From a virus: a stretch of DNA of 21,641 bases. The translations under genes were made by a program, and so were the position numbers. This document shows positions 17,090 through 21,641 of this stretch, piece by piece; the stretch's first letter is position 1, and each line of letters starts with the position of its first letter. The notes under the pieces are model-generated. The model was not told the origin of the DNA. It did not search any database and worked only from the letters and a program-made list of their open reading frames with translations. The DNA is taken from UHGV virus genome UHGV-1847494; one strand, 5' to 3'.

Positions 17090-17833
17090 ATGACACAGAC
17101 AGAATCAGCGATTCTGGCGCACGCCCGGCGATGTGCGCCAGCGGAGTCGTGCGGCTTCGTGGTGAGAACGTCGGAAGGGGAAAGATATTTTCCCTGCGTG
17201 AATATCTCCGGTGAGCCGGAGGAGTATTTCCGGATGTCGCCGGAGGACTGGCTGCGGGCAGAGATGCAGGGTGAGATTGTGGCGCTGGTCCACAGCCACC
17301 CCGGTGGTCTGCCCTGGCTGAGTGAGGCCGACCGGCGGCTGCAGGTGCAGAGTGATTTGCCGTGGTGGCTGGTCTGCCGGGGGACGATTCATAAGTTCCG
17401 CTGTGTGCCGCATCTTACCGGGCGGCGCTTTGAGCACGGTGTGACGGACTGTTACACCCTGTTCCGGGATGCTTATCATCTGGCGGGGATTGAGATGCCG
17501 GACTTTCATCGTGAGGATGACTGGTGGCGTAACGGCCAGAATCTCTATCTGGATAATCTGGAGGCGACGGGGCTGTATCAGGTGCCGTTGTCAGCGGCAC
17601 AGCCGGGCGATGTGCTGCTGTGCTGTTTTGGTTCATCGGTGCCGAATCACGCCGCAATTTACTGCGGCGACGGCGAGCTGCTGCACCATATTCCTGAACA
17701 ACTGAGCAAACGAGAGAGGTACACCGACAAATGGCAGCGACGCACACACTCCCTCTGGCGTCACCGGGCATGGCGCGCATCTGCCTTTACGGGAATTTAC
17801 AACGATTTGGTCGCCGCATCGACCTTCGTGTGA
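17090..17833 (+). CDS. K: Tail tip assembly protein K (lambda gpK-like; JAMM/MPN plus NlpC/P60-like)
   Basis: Contains the JAMM motif HSHPGGLPWLSEAD at about 17290-17335. An SD-proximal ATG at 17234 would give a 199-aa product, matching the lambda K size I recall, but the frame is open and protein-like from ATG 17090 (247 aa). The upstream start is preferred on domain grounds. Confidence 0.75.
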   Translation: MTQTESAILAHARRCAPAESCGFVVRTSEGERYFPCVNISGEPEEYFRMSPEDWLRAEMQGEIVALVHSHPGGLPWLSEADRRLQVQSDLPWWLVCRGTIHKFRCVPHLTGRRFEHGVTDCYTLFRDAYHLAGIEMPDFHREDDWWRNGQNLYLDNLEATGLYQVPLSAAQPGDVLLCCFGSSVPNHAAIYCGDGELLHHIPEQLSKRERYTDKWQRRTHSLWRHRAWRASAFTGIYNDLVAASTFV

Positions 17834-18402
17834 AAACGGGGGCTGAAGCCATCCGGGCACTGGCCACACAGCTCCCGGCGTTTCGTCAGAAACTGAGCGA
17901 CGGCTGGTATCAGGTACGGATTGCCGGGCGGGACGTCAGCACGTCCGGGTTAACGGCGCAGTTACATGAGACTCTGCCTGATGGCGCTGTGATTCATATT
18001 GTTCCCAGAGTCGCCGGGGCCAAGTCAGGTGGCGTATTCCAGATTGTCCTGGGGGCTGCCGCCATTGCCGGATCATTCTTTACCGCCGGAGCCACCCTTG
18101 CAGCATGGGGGGCAGCCATTGGGGCCGGTGGTATGACCGGCATCCTGTTTTCTCTCGGTGCCAGTATGGTGCTCGGTGGTGTGGCGCAGATGCTGGCACC
18201 GAAAGCCAGAACTCCCCGTACACAGACAACGGATAACGGCAAACAGAACACCTATTTCTCCTCACTGGATAACATGGTTGCCCAGGGCAATGTTCTGCCT
18301 GTTCTGTACGGGGAAATGCGCGTGGGGTCACGCGTGGTTTCTCAGGAGATCAGCACGGCAGACGAGGGGGACGGTGGTCAGGTTGTGGTGATTGGTCGTT
18401 GA
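17731..18402 (+). CDS. I: Tail tip assembly protein I (lambda gpI-like)
   Basis: 223 aa with a Gly/Ala-rich hydrophobic segment. Overlaps K by 103 nt in a different frame, as I recall for lambda K/I. Confidence 0.85.
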   Translation: MAATHTLPLASPGMARICLYGNLQRFGRRIDLRVKTGAEAIRALATQLPAFRQKLSDGWYQVRIAGRDVSTSGLTAQLHETLPDGAVIHIVPRVAGAKSGGVFQIVLGAAAIAGSFFTAGATLAAWGAAIGAGGMTGILFSLGASMVLGGVAQMLAPKARTPRTQTTDNGKQNTYFSSLDNMVAQGNVLPVLYGEMRVGSRVVSQEISTADEGDGGQVVVIGR

Positions 18403-18420
18403 TGAAAAACGTTTTATGTG

Positions 18421-18441
18421 AAACCGCCTCAGGGCGGTTTT
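18421..18441 (+). terminator. Terminator-like hairpin between I and J
   Basis: aaaccgcc-tcag-ggcggttt (8-bp perfect stem, 4-nt loop) followed by ttttgtcgttt, 20 nt upstream of the J start. Confidence 0.5.
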
Positions 18442-18462
18442 GTCGTTTCTGGAGCGTGAGGA

Positions 18463-21400
18463 ATGGGTAAAGGCAGCAGTAAGGGGCATACCCCGCGCGA
18501 AGCGAAGGACAACCTGAAGTCCACGCAGATGCTGAGCGTGATAGACGCCATCAGTGAAGGGCCGATTGAAGGTCCGGTGGATGGATTAAAAAGCGTGCTG
18601 CTGAACAGTACGCCGGTGCTGGACAGTGAGGGGAATACCAATATCTCCGGCGTCACGGTGGTGTTCCGGGCAGGTGAGCAGGAGCAGACACCGCCGGAGG
18701 GATTTGAATCCTCCGGCTCCGAGACGGTGCTGGGTACGGAAGTGAAGTACGACACGCCGATTACCCGGACCATCACGTCTGCAAACATCGACCGTCTGCG
18801 CTTTACCTTCGGTGTGCAGGCACTGGTGGAAACCACCTCAAAGGGGGACCGGAATCCGTCGGAAGTCCGCCTGCTGGTTCAGATACAGCGTAACGGTGGC
18901 TGGGTGACGGAAAAAGACATCACCATTAAAGGCAAAACCACCTCACAGTATCTGGCATCGGTGGTGGTGGGTAACCTGCCGCCGCGCCCGTTTAATATCC
19001 GGATGCGCAGGATGACGCCGGACAGCACCACAGACCAGCTGCAGAACAAAACGCTCTGGTCGTCATACACTGAAATCATCGATGTGAAACAGTGCTACCC
19101 GAACACGGCACTGGTCGGCGTGCAGGTGGACTCGGAACAGTTCGGCAGCCAGCAGGTGAGCCGTAATTATCATCTTCGCGGGCGCATTCTGCAGGTGCCA
19201 TCGAACTATAACCCGCAGACGCGGCAATACAGCGGTATCTGGGACGGGACGTTTAAACCGGCATACAGCAACAACATGGCCTGGTGTCTGTGGGATATGC
19301 TGACCCACCCGCGCTACGGCATGGGGAAACGTCTTGGTGCGGCGGATGTGGACAAATGGGCGCTGTATGTCATCGGCCAGTATTGCGATCAGTCAGTGCC
19401 GGATGGCTTTGGTGGTACGGAGCCGCGCATCACCTGTAATGCCTGGCTGACCACACAGCGTAAGGCGTGGGATGTGCTCAGTGATTTCTGTTCGGCGATG
19501 CGCTGTATGCCGGTATGGAACGGGCAGACGCTGACGTTCGTGCAGGACCGACCGTCGGATAAGGTGTGGACCTATAACCACAGTAATGTGGTGATGCCGG
19601 ATGATGGCGCGCCGTTCCGCTACAGCTTCAGCGCCCTGAAGGACCGCCATAATGCCGTTGAGGTGAACTGGATTGACCCGAACAACGGCTGGGAGACGGC
19701 GACAGAGCTTGTTGAAGATACGCAGGCCATTCTCCGTTACGGTCGTAACGTCACGAAGATGGATGCCTTTGGCTGTACCAGCCGGGGGCAGGCGCACCGC
19801 GCCGGGCTGTGGCTGATTAAAACGGAACTGCTGGAAACGCAGACCGTGGACTTCAGCGTGGGTGCCGAAGGGCTTCGCCATGTACCGGGCGATGTCATTG
19901 AAATCTGTGATGATGACTATGCCGGTATCAGCATCGGTGGTCGCGTGCTGGCGGTGAACAGCCAGACCCGGACGCTGACGCTCGACCGTGAAATCACGCT
20001 GCCATCCTCCGGTACCACGCTGATAAGCCTGGTTGACGGGCAGGGTAATCCGGTGAGCGTGGAGGTCCAGTCCGTCACCGACGGCGTGAAGGTAAAAGTG
20101 AGCCGTGTTCCTGACGGCGTTGCCGAATACAGCGTGTGGGGGCTGAAGCTGCCGATGCTGCGTCAGCGCCTGTTCCGCTGTGTGAGTATCCGTGAGAACG
20201 ATGACGGCACGTATGCCATCACTGCCGTGCAGCATGTACCGGAAAAAGAAGCCATCGTGGATAACGGGGCGCACTTTGACGGCGACCAGAGCGGCACGGT
20301 GAATGGTGTCACGCCGCCAGCGGTGCAGCACCTGACTGCCGAAGTCACCGCAGACAGCGGGGAATATCAGGTACTGGCGCGCTGGGACACGCCGAAGGTG
20401 GTGAAGGGCGTGAGCTTTATGCTTCGCCTGACCGTGGCAGCGGATGACGGCAGTGAGCGGCTGGTCAGCACGGCCCGGACGACGGAAACCACATACCGCT
20501 TCACGCAACTGGCGCCAGGGAACTACAGGCTGACAGTCCGGGCGGCAAATGCCTGGGGGCAGCAGGGCGATCCGGCGTCGGTATCGTTCCGGATTGCCGC
20601 ACCGGCAGCGCCGTCGCGGATTGAGCTGACGCCGGGCTATTTTCAGATAACTGCCACGCCGCATCTTGCGGTTTATGATCCGACGGTACAGTTTGAGTTC
20701 TGGTTCTCGGAAACGCGGATTACCGATATCAGGCAGGTTGAAACCACAGCCCGCTATCTTGGCACGGCGCTGTACTGGATAGCCGCCAGTATCAATATCA
20801 AACCGGGCCGTGATTATTATTTTTACATCCGCAGTGTGAACACCGTTGGCAAATCGGCATTTGTGGAGGCTGTTGGCCAGCCGAGTGATGATGCATCCGG
20901 CTATCTGGATTTTTTCAAAGGAGAGATAGGGAAAACCCATCTGGCTCAGGAGCTGTGGACGCAGATTGATAACGGTCAGCTTGCGCCTGACCTGGCTGAA
21001 ATCAGGACGTCCATTACGGATGTCAGCAATGAAATCACGCAGACCGTCAATAAGAAACTGGAAGACCAGAGTGCGGCAATTCAGCAGATACAGAAGGTTC
21101 AGGTTGATACAAATAATAACCTGAACAGCATGTGGGCTGTGAAGCTGCAGCAGATGCAGGACGGACGCCTTTATATCGCGGGTATTGGTGCCGGTATTGA
21201 GAACACCCCTGACGGCATGCAGAGTCAGGTGCTGCTGGCGGCGGACAGGATTGCGATGGTTAATCCTGCGAATGGCAACACAAAGCCGATGTTTGTTGGT
21301 CAGGGCGATCAGATATTCATGAACGAAGTGTTCCTGAAATATCTGACGGCTCCCACCATTACCAGCGGCGGTAATCCTCCGGCATTTTCCCTGACACCGG

Positions 21401-21641
21401 ACGGGCGGCTGACGGCGAAAAATGCCGATATCAGCGGTAGCGTGAATGCGAACTCCGGGACGCTCAACAACGTCACGATTAACGAGAACTGTCGGGTTCT
21501 GGGAAAACTGTCCGCGAACCAGATTGAAGGCGATCTCGTTAAAACAGTGGGCAAAGCTTTCCCCCGGGACTCCCGTGCACCGGAGCGGTGGCCATCAGGG
21601 ACCATTACCGTCAGGGTTTATGACGATCAGCCGTTTGACCG
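18463..21641 (+). CDS. J: Central tail fiber / host specificity protein J (lambda gpJ-like), 5' partial: runs off the window end
   Basis: Not in the ORF track because no stop occurs before the window end. ATG 18463 is preceded by GAGG. Translation [54 protein letters not shown] matches the lambda J N-terminus as I recall it. The frame stays open for about 1059 codons. Confidence 0.9.
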   Translation, partial: MGKGSSKGHTPREAKDNLKSTQMLSVIDAISEGPIEGPVDGLKSVLLNSTPVLDSEGNTNISGVTVVFRAGEQEQTPPEGFESSGSETVLGTEVKYDTPITRTITSANIDRLRFTFGVQALVETTSKGDRNPSEVRLLVQIQRNGGWVTEKDITIKGKTTSQYLASVVVGNLPPRPFNIRMRRMTPDSTTDQLQNKTLWSSYTEIIDVKQCYPNTALVGVQVDSEQFGSQQVSRNYHLRGRILQVPSNYNPQTRQYSGIWDGTFKPAYSNNMAWCLWDMLTHPRYGMGKRLGAADVDKWALYVIGQYCDQSVPDGFGGTEPRITCNAWLTTQRKAWDVLSDFCSAMRCMPVWNGQTLTFVQDRPSDKVWTYNHSNVVMPDDGAPFRYSFSALKDRHNAVEVNWIDPNNGWETATELVEDTQAILRYGRNVTKMDAFGCTSRGQAHRAGLWLIKTELLETQTVDFSVGAEGLRHVPGDVIEICDDDYAGISIGGRVLAVNSQTRTLTLDREITLPSSGTTLISLVDGQGNPVSVEVQSVTDGVKVKVSRVPDGVAEYSVWGLKLPMLRQRLFRCVSIRENDDGTYAITAVQHVPEKEAIVDNGAHFDGDQSGTVNGVTPPAVQHLTAEVTADSGEYQVLARWDTPKVVKGVSFMLRLTVAADDGSERLVSTARTTETTYRFTQLAPGNYRLTVRAANAWGQQGDPASVSFRIAAPAAPSRIELTPGYFQITATPHLAVYDPTVQFEFWFSETRITDIRQVETTARYLGTALYWIAASINIKPGRDYYFYIRSVNTVGKSAFVEAVGQPSDDASGYLDFFKGEIGKTHLAQELWTQIDNGQLAPDLAEIRTSITDVSNEITQTVNKKLEDQSAAIQQIQKVQVDTNNNLNSMWAVKLQQMQDGRLYIAGIGAGIENTPDGMQSQVLLAADRIAMVNPANGNTKPMFVGQGDQIFMNEVFLKYLTAPTITSGGNPPAFSLTPDGRLTAKNADISGSVNANSGTLNNVTINENCRVLGKLSANQIEGDLVKTVGKAFPRDSRAPERWPSGTITVRVYDDQPFD

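Noticed and set aside
16363-17091. 242-aa minus-strand ORF
   Set aside because: Exactly antisense to gene L, whose + strand product matches lambda L as I recall it. Both cannot be real; L is.
19393-20940. 515-aa minus-strand ORF
   Set aside because: Lies entirely antisense to the J coding sequence. The translation is Arg/His/Pro-rich and low-complexity, typical of an antisense frame in a GC-biased gene. No SD or gene context.
1-21641. CRISPR arrays, tRNA/rRNA genes, IS elements or transposases, integrase and att sites, recognisable defence-system hallmark genes
   Set aside because: I looked for regularly spaced direct repeats, cloverleaf-capable segments, terminal inverted repeats and signature motifs and found none. 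The window appears to be wholly inside the late operon, so the prophage ends are not present.

Overview
This window is the late (virion structural) operon of a lambdoid, enterobacterial-type prophage, with every supported gene on the + strand. In order: a ParB/Srx-like nuclease-domain gene, an uncharacterised gene coupled to it, a small HTH ORF, terminase small and large subunits, portal, Mu F / SPP1 gp7-like head morphogenesis protein, scaffold, major capsid, four small head-tail joining genes, major tail protein, tail assembly chaperones G and G-T (with a -1 frameshift site), tape measure protein, and lambda-like tail-tip genes M, L, K, I and the 5' part of J, which runs off the window end. 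The lambda M/L/K/I/J calls rest on my recollection of the lambda proteins; no search was run. The most important single observation is a 37-nt exact match to the Illumina TruSeq universal adapter (reverse complement) at 3185-3221, flanked by a duplicated 13-bp genomic segment, which puts an in-frame TAG into the 5' end of the terminase large-subunit gene. I read this as an assembly artifact, not biology. Other points worth follow-up: the ParB-like gene and its unknown partner in the accessory slot upstream of the terminase; a periodic TGYGCA/A-tract repeat inside terS that could be a pac site; five intrinsic-terminator-like hairpins around and inside the operon, three with cUUCGg loops; and a conserved upstream extension of gene K. 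I found no CRISPR array, tRNA, rRNA, IS element or recognisable defence-system hallmark, and I cannot support a claim of a new system beyond the ParB-linked gene pair. All minus-strand ORFs in the track look like antisense artifacts of the + strand genes.
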